A DNA stretch of 64,000 nucleotides from Eledone cirrhosa (Eukaryota). This document shows positions 44,439-58,140 of the stretch, piece after piece. Position 1 is the stretch's first letter. Each line of letters begins with the position of its first letter. The notes beneath the pieces were generated by a model. The model was not told the origin of the DNA and did not search any database. It worked only from the letters and a program-made list of their open reading frames with translations. Position numbers and translations under genes: made by a program. The stretch spans positions 346,022,001-346,086,000 of the forward strand of contig OZ024740.1 of the NCBI GenBank assembly GCA_964016885.1, written 5' to 3'.

Positions 44439-45099
44439 TGTCCTACTTACAAACGCTCTTATATAGTCTAGTTTATCGATCCATTTTTACGATTTGGGCA
44501 ACTCTCTCTGTGAGTCTTTGTATGTGTGTATATATATATATGTATATATAATAAGAGTTGACGGACCCACCATATTTATCAATGCCAGCACCGGTTGTAT
44601 CTCAGCGCACTCCATGGGCAATGTAAGATACATTACCAGAGTATTCACAACGTTATTTGCTTCAACACAACACACGTAAAAGGGTGCCTATAAGGGTACC
44701 GGACTCGAGTTTCTGCCGCACTAATGCAGCAATAAGGTTCACTGCACATTCTGTCTGCATATATTATGCCACAATGCACAATCGGCTTTTGCGGCTTCAT
44801 CAGCGGGTATCGCCTAATCCATTACCGATCAATCGACAGAATCCTAAGACCAGTCTATGCTGGCCACGACTGTTTGTGACGACTGACACGGTAAAGCTAT
44901 TAGCAACTGGCACCCGATAGGACTCTATCTCTCAACTAGCCACTGATTTACCAATTTTACGTGGGGACGGGGAACTAAAAAGAATCAATCTTTTAGTTCC
45001 TGTCAGATCCCTCAGCCAACGTGTCTCACACAAATTATCAAGGGGTGAAAAGATGGCCCTCCTTTCTTCTGTCCTACGCAATCTTGTACGCCATCACAA

Positions 45100-45353
45100 A
45101 AACAAGATGGCTTAGGACAGAACAAAGTGAGGCACAACACAAAGAAAATAATCTCCAGTCACTGAAAAGGTAACAGAATGTGTAACGAAAGAAGTTTGAC
45201 AATATATGAACAACCGCCTGGTTGTGGAACCAACCAAACAACAGAAACATTTTTAAATTTTTAAATTTATAATTTAATTTATAATAAATTGGAGGGAAAA
45301 ACTGGTGGGTGTGTTTCCTATTGGCAACATGACCCTCCCAAAGTATAACAATA
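45100..45353 (+). repeat. PLE-like terminal repeat, homolog of 57570-57815, with degenerate HHR (45158-45200)
   Basis: Shared body and terminal ATGACCCTCCCAAAGTATAACAATA. Confidence 0.7.
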
Positions 45354-45394
45354 TATATATATATAAATATATATATATATATTTAAGAGAGAGG

Positions 45395-45463
<69 letters not shown>

Positions 45464-48454
45464 GTGTGTGTGTTAACAAGTGTTTGGATCTTCGGAGACG
45501 CTGTCCGCGAAACACGAGCGTCGCTGACAATGCAGAGCGAATCTGTTCCCAACCTGCTATAAATATTAGGTGGGTTATTTAGCTACCTTGGATCTTTTCG
45601 TTTTTGATGTTATCAATAAATCTTTCTGTGTATACCCTTATTCTATTTTTCGACGGTCAGTTTTTGCTTTTGTATGATGCGCTAATACACCAACCCCCAA
45701 CAATCACTCATTTATTTTGTATATAGAATATATATATATTGCTTTATTTTTATTTTGAAACTTTCTTGATGTAAAGCAGGATGTTGACACATATTGTTAT
45801 ACAATGGGAGCGGTCATGTTGCCAATAAGAACACACACACCAGTTCAGTTTTACTCTAGTTTTAGTATTACTTAACTAATCCATTCATTTCTGACAGAAA
45901 TAATAAATAGAGCAAATAAAACAAGATAAAATCAAAGACAATACAGAATAGATAGAACGGTCATTGATAAGGTCATAGAATTAATTAAATATGGCTATTA
46001 AATAACCCTCCGCTTACTAAACGAACCGGGCAACGGAGTAGTTATTATCTAACTGAAGTAAAACTCAACTGAGTCATGTGGTTTTATTGAGAAGACCCTC
46101 ACGGAGTATAAGTGTGTATATATATATATGTTTACATATGTGTGTATGTATGTGTGTGTGTGTGTGCGCGCGCGCATCGCCTAAATTCCTGTGATTAGTT
46201 GTGTGAATATTTTAACCGGCTCCCTTGTCTTTCTGCCAATATTATTGTTTTACCTTACAAAGATTTTCTATTTATTTGTTTGAAGCTGATATTAATTTTC
46301 TTTGTATCATTCATTTTTTTTTTTTTTCGATATTTCAGTTGTCTTCTGATTTGAAATTTTGTCTTTTCTCTTTCTTGCCTCCTTGGAAACTTTGTATTAT
46401 GCCTACTGGTATAACTGGCATCATCACCTCCATTTCTCCCAACATGATTACCAGAACTACTGTGGCTATTGGGATCTTAAACTTTACTCTGTTTCGCCCG
46501 ATATTTTATTAACCTATCTTTCTATCTTGTTCGGTATCTCTGTCAGCATTTCTGTCATTTTGTCAGTCTCATACATTCATACGAACGAAGCTAATCGATA
46601 TTGTTTTGTTTATTTTCTTTGTCTTTCTTCCCTCCACTTCTTTTATTCTTACCTTCTTTTTTTTCTTTCTAACCTCCCTATTTTCCAGGCAGAAATGGAC
46701 AGCTCGAAAATCAAAATAAAGATAAAGTAAAAGAAAAATATAAAAATAACGAAAATATCATGATAGCATCAATAAAATAACATCAGAAATAACAATTACA
46801 ACAACAGTATTAACCAACATCACCACATTCACAACCGCCACAACCGTCTGCACCACAATAACATAGAAGGCAGCGGTAGCAACAACCTACGAGCTAACAA
46901 AAGAAGAAGGAAGGTGAAAAGAACGATAAACATTATCATAACAGAATTCATCATTCTGTCGAATACAATGTCCACATTGACCACAAAAGTGATTACAACC
47001 GCGGGCGTACACTCTACCAAAACTACTATAAAAGCAATCGTTATAGCGAAAAGTTCAGCGTTATTTTGGACAAAGAGCCGGAAGGGCAATACAATATAAG
47101 AATGATGGAGTATTGGGTCGCAATTGTACGTTCGTTTTTATTCAATGCTTAAACTTTATGTTTGGTATTTTTTTCTTCGATCAGTGAGAAATATTGCTGG
47201 AAAAGGAAAGATGCATTGTGACAAGTAAAAATAGTGGAAAGAAAGACAGAAAGATATAGCGTAGGGAAGAAAAAAGAGACAGAAATAAAATATGAAAATA
47301 TATAAAGAAAGGCAAATAGATGGCGTCCATTGATCAGTCGTCAACATATGTAAAGCTCTGATTTATTGTCATCCGTTTCGAAAACTCGTAAATATATTCC
47401 GACGTCAAAAATGAAAACAATAATATTTTTTAAATTATACAAGTTAGCTAACAAATCAAATATTCATTCAATGCATCTCTCATGTTCACGTTGCCAGTGT
47501 ATTCACCGAATAAATAAAAAACAATGTTTATGGAGATGAAAATGTGCAATGTGTACGCCATTTTGTTATTTGGATCGAGCGTAAGGTCTGACGTAACGTC
47601 TGACATAATGTCTGAAGAATTAATGGTCCCGAGATACAACTTAAGGGATGCTAAAAAACAGCAGTTTGAAAAGAAAGACATGCTTTTCTAAGAAAAATGC
47701 CTTTGAAAACATTATTTTCAAAAATGTTTGATTATTAACTACCTGCTATTGTTCTATAGAATACAATGAAACAACTCGCTCTCAGCACTCCATTGTCTTT
47801 TACTCATCGAACATTTATTCTATATTCTCACCTCGTCTATCTGTCGACTAGAGGTACCAGTTCAAACTAGTTCAGTCTCAGACTATAAACTTCTGGATGT
47901 ATTGATCTGCCATATTATTCAATTAAAACATTGCCTTACCGAATGCATTTTATAACAAAATATATAGCTACATATTCTACGTAACAGACAATGCAGTAAA
48001 ATGGCTGGCGAAAGATGACAATTTTTTCCATATTTACCCTCATCTCTGTCTAAATTAAACAAAGCCTATTTATACAGTTAAATCTGTAACGTGTTTTAAA
48101 TAAGGCACGCAATTTACTAAACTCGTAAAATCTACTTCTAGCTTTAAGGTACATAAGGTAATCGATTGGGTGCCTCTATATTATTACACCACGAGATAAC
48201 AACCCAACTTCAATAAACTAAAGGACACATCAAATTTCCTCATAGTTTTAGGAGTAGCAAGAGTAAAAACTTAAATTCACACTAATATCATCACGTTAAG
48301 TTATCTAAGTTTAGGTGCATCATGCTTTATTGTGAAATACCAACACACGATCTCGCACCTAAACGCATGCACACACAATGCACACAAACATACGCACGCA
48401 CACATCAGGGATAAACACACACATTAACATATACACTCACAAACATTTATATAG

Positions 48455-49050
48455 ACGAGGTGTGTCAGTTATTTTTTGGAGATTTGCATGAATTTAGTAA
48501 ATGATGCATAGAAGATCAAAGAAAAGGTATATTTTGATACAAATTGGTACAAATATTATATACAATACATTTATGATATCTATTCAATGAATCATCTGTT
48601 AGCATCAACGACTGCTACGATATGAGGTCTGAAGTATTAGTATGTTCGAGTCAGATTATCTTTATGAATACTGGACATTTGCTGGGAATAGCGGGCCTGA
48701 GAGATCTTATGGTGTGTTTTGAGCTTGATAGTAGACCACTTGTTCAACTAATTTTCAGACGTTATAGTCCAGGTTATTGAGGTCTGGTGAGATATGCGGC
48801 CATGTTTCTGGAAGAACATCGTAATGGCGATTATCAGGCATCCATGGTTGTGTCATTCTGACCTGATAAGAGAGCATGGAGGATGTACGTTCTTCGGTTG
48901 CTTTACAACTATTTTCAACACCGCTTTGTAGACAGCAGCATTGACACTGAAGCCCTGAGGAACAAAATGGGGCGGCATGATTGCTGATTAGTTTAATTTG
49001 CATACCGACCGTAAAATCATTTGTTATGCAAATGAGACTAACCAGTCGAT
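48455..49050 (-). mobile_element. Degenerate Tc1/mariner (maT-like) remnant
   Basis: WPHISPDLNNLDYNV motif; boundaries uncertain. Confidence 0.55.
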
Positions 49051-49754
49051 GTGTACCTTAGAGAATAGTATATATTCACAACAGTTCCATACGGTGGCAG
49101 AGACAAGAAAATAAAAATCTTCATAAGAGGCAATAACTCTGAAACAATTGTAAACATTTTCTTTCTTCTACCGTCTAGAAGACACATATGGTATTATATA
49201 TTAATAATTTTGTTTCTACTTTAGGCACAAAGCCATCAATTACCCAGTACATTACATTAATAATAATATTCGATTCGTGTGCAATTATGCAAACCAGCCT
49301 CTTTTATAAGCCATGTCAATAGAAGGAACCTCTCAATCTCACACTTGTGGTGGCATGCAAACAGAAATGCAGACACTAATGTTTCTGGAAGATTATCCTT
49401 CATCCGTGCAGTTTACTGCTTACCTTCCAACTGTCAGTGGTAGTGAAAATATATGATATTTTCTAAAATATATATATATATAAACTTAAGAAACATAACA
49501 AAGATTGGAAAAGACATCGAAGGAAATACATTTGTTTAAGTGGAAACCTTAAAAATAAAAATACAAACGAAAGATACAGATCTCCAGGGTCATCAGCCGT
49601 TGAGGTCGACTTTGGACATTTCGACACCTGCCAACTAGACTACACGGGGTCAAAGCAAACACTTTCCAGTGGAGAAAGAGACGAGAGACAAATCAGCAAT
49701 TTGCCACAAGTACACATGGTGTGTTGAATATTTATATATATATATAGAGAGAGA

Positions 49755-52602
49755 GAAGTGGTTACACAACAGTTAGTTCACCATACCGAGAACAATTGTT
49801 TCACCTTAGCGGATCCTCAGCAGCTCGTAATAGTCATGGTTATACGGAACGGGAAGGAAAACCGTGCGAACGCCAATGCGCAGAGACAGTCACTTCACTC
49901 AGGCAATACTAAATTGCGTGCGAGAGATGTAAGGGAGATAACTCCGAAAGTTTCTAGTTAATGAGAAAATTAGGATGTTGTAATTCAATCCGGAGCTTTG
50001 TAGTTATGTAAGAGGTGTTTTCAGACGTGTGGACAACGTATGAAGAATTCATTTCTGGGGTTTAGGCAATCGCTTTTACGTAATCTCTTTAGAATATTTA
50101 TTCGTTCATCAATACATAGTCCACACGACGTGCGAGTTTGGTTTCATACCCTGTGAGCGCTCTCTATATCCTCGTGTCCTACAAAATTTTGTGTCTCATA
50201 AACGTCAGTATGGATTTATACCAACTGGATTACTCCCTGAAGAACATTCCCACTCCCTCCAACCATGTTTACCAAAAGCCTCTCCTACAAAAAGCTGAAG
50301 ATGTCGTCAGACGCTTAAGATGGAGAGCCCTAGCTTTTGACGGCAAAATTACAGGCACCAGTAACACCTTCAACCTGAAATTGAGAGCCTACCCTCCTAA
50401 GGTTACTGAACTTGCTCCTTTATAGGCGGACCTTCTTGACTTAGGGTATTTGCGAAAGGAAATGTTAGCGACTAACACCTTTCAAACTAAACTTAGAAAT
50501 GATATTAAGAAATTTAGCTCTTCTAATAACACTTTCGTTCTTTCCGACAAAACTAATAATGTTTACGAAGTCGACAACACCACTTACAGCCACTTGGCCC
50601 ATAACACTATTACTTCCAAATATAAGAAAGCTAACCCTATGACCTACCACAGAAGCCAAAGAACTTGCCGCCAGCCTTAAGGCAGATAAGAAGGTACAAT
50701 CTCTAGCTAAGCGGGAGGAGTTCCTCACCCTGTAAGATCACAAGACAGACTTTATTTCTAATCCCACATGTAGACTACACGCACAGATATAGGACTAGTC
50801 AGTAAGGCCATACTTATAATCATAGTTAAGACCATTAGGACTAAGTCGAACCTGTCCCATTGGGAGTACAACGACTCCGTAATTAAGTGGTTTAACTCCT
50901 TCAAATCCAAAAAAGCGAAGTTCACACAGTTTGACATTGTTGATTTCTACCAGTCGATCTTAGAGACCCTGTTAAACAAAACGTTGGACTTTGCTACCAC
51001 TTACACTACTGTTCATGGTTTAGACAGGGAAATCATCGCTCACTGCCGGAACACTCTCCTCTTCAACAACGAAGTAGCCTGGGCAAAGAAGTCAACAATT
51101 TCAGACCTATTCGACGTCTCTATGGGATCGTTTGACAGTGCTGACGTATGCGACTTGGTTGGCCTATTTATTTTAGACATATTACGTGTTAGATTCCCGG
51201 ACTTCCACACGGGAATATACCGCGGCGATGGACTGACCTTATCGAGCCATAAAAGTGGTCACGACCTCGACCGGTTTAAAAAAAGACTTAGCTTCTACGT
51301 TCAATGAGTTAGTACTTAGGTAACAGTAGCTACCAAATTCTCTAGCGTAAATTTCTTAGACATTAATTTAGACCTTCGCACGCACACACCTACAGACTCT
51401 TCCATAAGCTTAACGAAAAACAATTACATTCACAAGGACTTGTGCCACCCTCCCACTGTTTTTAGTAATTCGTAAATAATATCAGTACTAGAATCTCAAA
51501 CCTCTCCTCTGATAAGGCTATCTTTGACAGAGAGGCACCCTACAATAACATGGCGTTAGCTAACGGCGGCTTCTCGTAACATATCACTTACTCTCCCACT
51601 ATCAACAACTGTAATAAGAAAAGAAAGTGTAACAATAGACAAAATATCTGGTTCTCTCCTCCCTTCTCCCTCAATGTTAAAACCAATGTAGGCAAAATAT
51701 TTCTAGCTCTCTTAGATAGACACTTTCCCATAGGTTATAAATACTGCTCCATCTTTAACCGACACAAAGTAAAACTAGGATACTCCTGCGCGAAGTACAT
51801 GAATGCCCACATCACTAACAGCCCTAAGAGCAACACCCTACCAGGGTGCTCTTGCCGTAAGCCCGAAGCTTGTCCCCTTCAACAGCAATGCAACACGCCC
51901 GCTGTAGTTTATGAAGCTGTGGTCACTTCCAACCGACCAAATCAACCACAGGAGCTCAAATCCTATGTGGGTATGGCGGAGGGCCGATTTAAGGAACGCT
52001 TCCTGAACCACAAGTCGACCTTTAGGTACCCGGACAGAAGTTCATCCACGAAACTCGCGAGCCACGTATGGTCAATCAATGACTCAAGTATAGACTTCTC
52101 CATTCAATGGAAAGCCATCACTACTTCCAAGCCATACTCGAGGGGCAATCCGCCGTGTGGACTATGTATTGATGAACGAATAAATATTCTAAAGAGATTA
52201 CGCAATAGCGATTGCCTAAACTCAAGCAATGAATTCTTCACACGTTGTTCACACGTCTGAAAACACCTCTTACATAACTACAAAGCTCCGGATTGAATTA
52301 CAACAACATCCTAATTTTCTTATCAACTACAAACTTTTGCACTTTCGCAGTTATCTCCCTTACACCTCTCGCACGCAATTTGGAATTGCCTGAGTGAAGT
52401 GACTGTTTCTGCGCATGCGCGTTCGTACGATTATCCTTCCCGTTCCGTATGACCATGTCCATTACGAACTGAGAATCGGCTAAGGTGAAACAATTGTTCT
52501 CGGTATGGTGAACTAACTGTTGTGTAACCGCTTCTACCTAAATCGTCCCATGGACTGAGTGCTCTACCACTACGGATATTACCTTCCAGTGTTCTACCAC
52601 TA
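49755..52602 (+). mobile_element. Full-span Penelope-like element, Hydra-type, with 5' inverted arm
   Basis: 49755-50130 is the inverse of 52152-52534; YSLKNIP, DKTNNVY, QFDIVDFY, FDVSMGSFDSAD, GIYRGDGL, CSCRKPEAC, VVY..YVG, CGLC. Confidence 0.93.
50210..52260 (+). pseudogene. Hydra PLE ORF with multiple stops and frameshifts
   Basis: ORF fragments 50138, 50450, 50984 and 51799 are collinear PLE domains; the catalytic DD is altered to GD. Confidence 0.88.
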
Positions 52603-52798
52603 TATATATATATTTAATACAATAACAGAGATAGTTTAAAGCTAAAATCTGACTGGTAACCATGTCACTCAACAAACATTAGGTTATATTAAAATATAAA
52701 CCCAATTTAAGTGTTTGGGGTGCTAACAATATGTATAATGTGGAAAAACGAGTTGTATTATTTTATGAGATATAATTAAAGTTAAAGTATATCTCTCT

Positions 52799-52924
52799 TT
52801 CCAAACAATTGTTTCATTATCAGTTTTCTACAAGTTTGGGAGAATGTTTCCAGTTTATGTAGAAGCCTAATATATATTCATGTAAGAATATATTTAGGTG
52901 GGCACTTATAAATCATCAGTGGAA
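52799..52924 (-). ncRNA. Hammerhead motif, canonical core, very long stem II
   Basis: TTCCA CTGATGA T TTAT..(two internal hairpins)..ATAA T GAAA CAATTG TT TGGAA. Confidence 0.72.
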
Positions 52925-53251
52925 GCCCATTAAACATTGATATAAGAAAACAATTTCTTACCGCTGTCAAAAATCATGTCCGTAAAGTTGCTTTCTCTCA
53001 CCTCGAATGACCGCCAAATTTGAAATTCCAGCAGTTTTTGACTGAGGAAGTATCATAGCGACACGAAGCGGGAAGGGGAGACAACCCACGATCCACGAAA
53101 TGAGGAAAAAAAATAATATACACGCGGGTTAATTAGTTTTTTTGAAAACATTATCAATCCAACGTGTTTAAGAACTCAATTGAAAATAAAAAAATAAATA
53201 TAGGCTTGTAAAAATTACACACGCATATAGATATTTTCTTAGGCTAAAACA

Positions 53252-53394
<143 letters not shown>

Positions 53395-53395
53395 T

Positions 53396-53442
<47 letters not shown>

Positions 53443-55587
53443 TTGTAAGCAATAGTACATATTTGTATACCTTATAGGTTTAGTCTTCATTGTTGATCTT
53501 TTTAATGTTAGATACTCTTTAACATAAAGTACAGGTGTAACTAACATCATTACCACCATCCGTAACGCACAGGTTGTGATAAATCAAACGGAATTGCAGG
53601 TAAGATTGAATAGGAAATACTATGACAGAAAGAGATTATGATATAGAAAGTAGTATAGCGTGAAATACGTAGCGATGTCGATAATAAGCCAAGAGTGAAA
53701 GAACGAAAACATCTCTTTTAGTTTCTCCCGTGCCAGGTACTCATCTTGCCATCAACAGCTACTCTAACAAGAGTGTCTTTATTCACATACTCTTGATGAA
53801 ACATCTCACACACCAGTTTGTTTACTGTAATAAATTGCTGCTATTGTTAACAGCGAATTTGTGCTTATTATGTTTTCTTTTTCTTGCTCCTCCTCCTCTA
53901 TTGCTTCGTTTCCCGTATACTATATTTCTACAGATATACTATTTAATAAATATGTAGATACGTATAGTTGCTTATTGTCCGTGGAATATATTTTTCCGTT
54001 TTGAATTAGACCTTTATCTCTTTATTTTCTTTATTTTCTACATGCTTGAACGTAAGAACGACTAAATGGTTGCTTGTGTTGCAAAAAGAGTAGCTATATT
54101 TCTCTCAATTTAAAACCTATTGTCTTAAAAAGGAGGAGGCATTAGATAATTTAATCTGGAATACACCATACAAAAAAGATGTTCTGACCACTGTTGGAAC
54201 AGTTTTGATATGTCAGCAAATTTAGTGCTCACAGGAAGTTCAAATTCTGCCGAAGTGTCTTCGTTGTGGATAATATATCTAATTCTAAACAGTCATACCA
54301 TATCTCTAGATTTGAAGCTATGCCGTTATGTTGAAAGTTAATGTAATCTGATACATTCATTATTTGTATCAACTGCTCATTGAACATAGTAGGGTCGTCG
54401 AAAGATGGATGCAGAACTTCCTTCTTCATAGTAGTGATCAACATATCAGCATATTAGCTCAGAAGAATGGGATTCTCTTTGAAATAGTTTGATGAGGCAC
54501 AAAAGTAAACGAAGCATCAGTGAACTAGATACTGTAACGTTGAAGTGTGAATTTTTGCCATTTGTTGGGTGTCTAAAGATGGAGGAGATAAAGATTTTTT
54601 CCATATACAGCCGTCACTATATTGTGTATATAGTTTAAGGTATAAATTTAAATAAATTAATGAATAAACAAACGTACATTCATTCTTAATTCAAAGGAAA
54701 TGGAGAGTAAGTTCGATGTATCGGAGAGTGTTCTTTCGACAGGAAAGGAAAAAGAGAAAATATATTTGAAAGGAGCGAGTTCTTACTAACGTTACGTCAA
54801 GATTAAATTTACGTGACATTACTAATCATATACCTCGGGAATCAAACAGCAATCAATATATGTGCGTGTCCATTATTTACAAATTATTTATTGCAGGAAA
54901 ATAAGTTCTAAATCTCCAGTCGTTTCTAATGAAAGCATTAATGTTGTTAAAGATTTCACTCTTTTAATGAGAACATTTATAATAAAAATCAACAAAATTC
55001 AACATCTTTCACGAAAATAACGATAATAATTCGACGTGTATCCGAATTTAACTTAGTTTAGGCAACAGGCTATGTGTTGTCGCATAAAATCATTGTAGCT
55101 CTAGACAGAATTTCTTCGTTCTTGTAGAAGATGCATTGGCATACAAACAGCATATCCCTTTTATTCAACAAGGCGCAACAAAATATGTACGCCTTATAAA
55201 TAAGATAAAATATCATTCAACCTCTCTTAACGTGTACATCAGCCTCAGAAATAAGTTACTTAGTTCTAGCGGGATCAGATTGTCTTAAACGCTAAATATG
55301 ACGTCATGCTCCTTTGCATTGGGTTTATCAGGCATATAATAGAAATCGATATTGTTTAAGGAAGACAATACCATTCAATTGTTGGTAGTTTATTTTAGTT
55401 TCTTGTTTGTTTTCATTTCAAGACACCTTAGCCAAAATTCCTGTAGCAATTAACCTTTCTGAACTGACGAGTTTTCAGAGATTTGAAGCCAATTGTAAAA
55501 TGGAATATATTTTCTATAAGATTATACACAGCGACGTATTAATTATCGAATGTATTTCCTTAGGGTTCTATTTCATTTTCTGTTGCA

Positions 55588-55681
<94 letters not shown>

Positions 55682-55727
55682 CCTCTCTCTCTCTCTCTTT
55701 GGCTGTCTATCTGGCTGCATATATATG

Positions 55728-55767
<40 letters not shown>

Positions 55768-56015
55768 TATGCGTGTGTGCGTGTGCATGTGTGTGTGTGT
55801 GTGTATGTTTATGTGTGCGAGTGTGTGTATGTGTGTGTGGGTATGTGTGTGTGTAACAGGCTCTCTAAGTATATACTGTTGTCTGCTAGTCAATACACTC
55901 AATACAGATTATTCAAATCTGTCCAGTGCTTCTCATCTATTGTAAAATTGTATTCGTTGACTAATCATCGTACCATACACATTTTGGGTTATATATATAT
56001 ATATATATATATATA

Positions 56016-57307
56016 CAGGGTGGGCATAAAAACTGTTACAGAATAAAATGCAAATAGTTCTTGAAAAAAACATTTATTTCAAGATCTGACTTCAACAAAT
56101 AGTAAGTAATATACTATTAAACAACTGCACAAAATTTATTCGAAATGCTTTCCTCTAGCTCTCACTACTGCTCGAAGTCTTCTAGGAAAGTCTTCGATGG
56201 CTGCATGGGTATTTTCTCCCATACTTTATTAAGTTTTGATTTTAGAGTTTCAATATTTTGGCTAGGAGTAGATCAGGTTTCACTCTCAAGAATTGACCAT
56301 AAAGAAAAATCGAGAGGGTTGAGATCTGGTGATGTGAGAGGCCACTCTTCCTTAATGATCCATGCAGGACAATGGTCTATACACCACTGTTGCGTTACGC
56401 TAGCAGTGTGGCTCGTCGTTCCATCTTGTTGAACAGTCCAAATGTCATCGCCATAAACAGATGTGCACCATGGCATCAGTGCTCCTTCCAAAATATCCTT
56501 TATGTAAAGTTCTTTGTTAATTTTAACTCCTTGAGGCACAAAAATCAGTAATGGCTGTCCAAACCATCACTGATGCTGGTTTCTGTGTTCTGAACACTTT
56601 TCCTACACTTCAAGGAATTGATTTGAGACTTTTTGCAAGTAATCGATCATTTTGATGATTGTGAGACTGCAGCGCAGTGAATAATTTCTCATCTGTAAAG
56701 ATGATGGTTTGCAGCGTGCCATCCTTAATACGGTTCAATAACAGTTTACTTCTGGAGAGCCTCTTTTAAATTGTGGCTGCAGAAATAAACTGCCTCTTTT
56801 AAACGTTATAGGGTGACATTCCCAGATCATCTCGACATATCCTCCACATAGTTCTCGTCGATGTTTCTGCTTCTTCTGCCATTTTTCTCATGGACCTTCT
56901 TGGATTACGCCTTATTTTTTCCCTCACAATTTTAACGAGTGTTGGTGTTCTTGTGGTGTGAGGGCGTCCGGATTGGAGTCTGTCTTTGGTAGAGGAAGTT
57001 TCCTTAAATCGATCGATTGCCCTTTTCATCAACATTCTATTGATCTTAAGAGTTTTCCCCAGTTTAAATATCTCGGGTAGAGTCAGGCCTTTTTTCATGC
57101 TTCTCTATTATGAACTTTCTTTTCAATTCTATAGAAATTGCAAATTGTTAATGGAGTAATGTTCTGAAAAATAGTTAATATGGTTATAGTGCATGGGTTT
57201 GATACACATATATTAGTTATATTAGCAACATAATGTATTTTTAAATTGAATTAAATGTATTTTTAAATTGATTTAAAACTTTGTAACAGGAATTATGCCC
57301 CACTCTG
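56016..57307 (-). mobile_element. DD37D (maT-type) Tc1/mariner transposon, full length but disrupted
   Basis: TIRs CAGGGTGGGCATAA / TTATGCCCCACTCTG with TA flanks; IFTDEK, QQDG-37aa-D (SPDLNPLD); HTH RRNPRRSMRKMA. Confidence 0.92.
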
Positions 57308-57625
57308 TATATATATAAAAGACGCAATTTTTAGACAAATCACAGAGGCAATAAACATAAATGAACTCCAACCAAAACTAAATAGAAAACATGAATGGCA
57401 ACAGCAACATCACAACTTACAATTAAGGATAAAATGAAAACATACACGCACATAGAACAAACAACCAACCAGTAACATGTAAATAAACAAATAAATAAAC
57501 AAATATAAACACACACAGACACCCGGATGTAACACATGCGCAAACTAAGGACACAACACAAACAAAAACAAGATGGCGTGTGACAGAACAAAGTAGAGGC
57601 ACAAAAACAAAGAAAAGAATCCCCA

Positions 57626-57668
57626 GTCACTGAAGAGGTCACAGAATATGTGACGAAAGAACTTTGAC
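57626..57668 (+). ncRNA. Hammerhead motif, canonical core, in PLE-like terminal repeat 57320-57815
   Basis: GTCA CTGAAGA G GTCAC agaatat GTGAC GAAA GAAC TT TGAC. Confidence 0.75.
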
Positions 57669-58140
57669 AATATATAAACAATCATTTGGTTGTGGAACCA
57701 ACCAACCGGAAATTTATAAATTCCTAAATTTATAAATGTATTATAATAAATTGAAGTGAAACAACTGGTGCGTGTGTAACTTATTGGCAACATGACCCTC
57801 CCAAAGTATAATAATATATATATATATATATATATATGGTCATTTTGGAAGCCTCAACAATGTAGATGGGTAAATCTCCGGGTAACATAATCCAGTGGTG
57901 AAGAGAGAGATGTAAGAGAATGTAAAATGAGATATATAGTGTGTAGTGGAACGTAGGAAAGAGCATAAATAATAAAAATAATGACACGAGATAAAGTTAC
58001 CTTGGGAGAGGTTTAATTTACTTCGGATTCGCATCCATCAACTGCGGGTCTTTCCGGGGGGGGGGGGGTTACCTCTCGCAGAGGAACGGTACGTGGCCTC
58101 CGTAGTCCGCTATTTGTATATATATATATATATATATATA

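Noticed and set aside
52258-52260. In-frame TGA near the Hydra ORF end, also present in the inverted arm; considered as selenocysteine as in some Naiad PLEs
   Set aside because: Not at a conserved Cys position, the ORF has other TAA/TAG stops and frameshifts, no SECIS was identified, and CGA>TGA decay is simpler
54180-54520. Coding-like composition with a 71-aa ORF
   Set aside because: No recognisable domain or splice structure; stops in all extended frames
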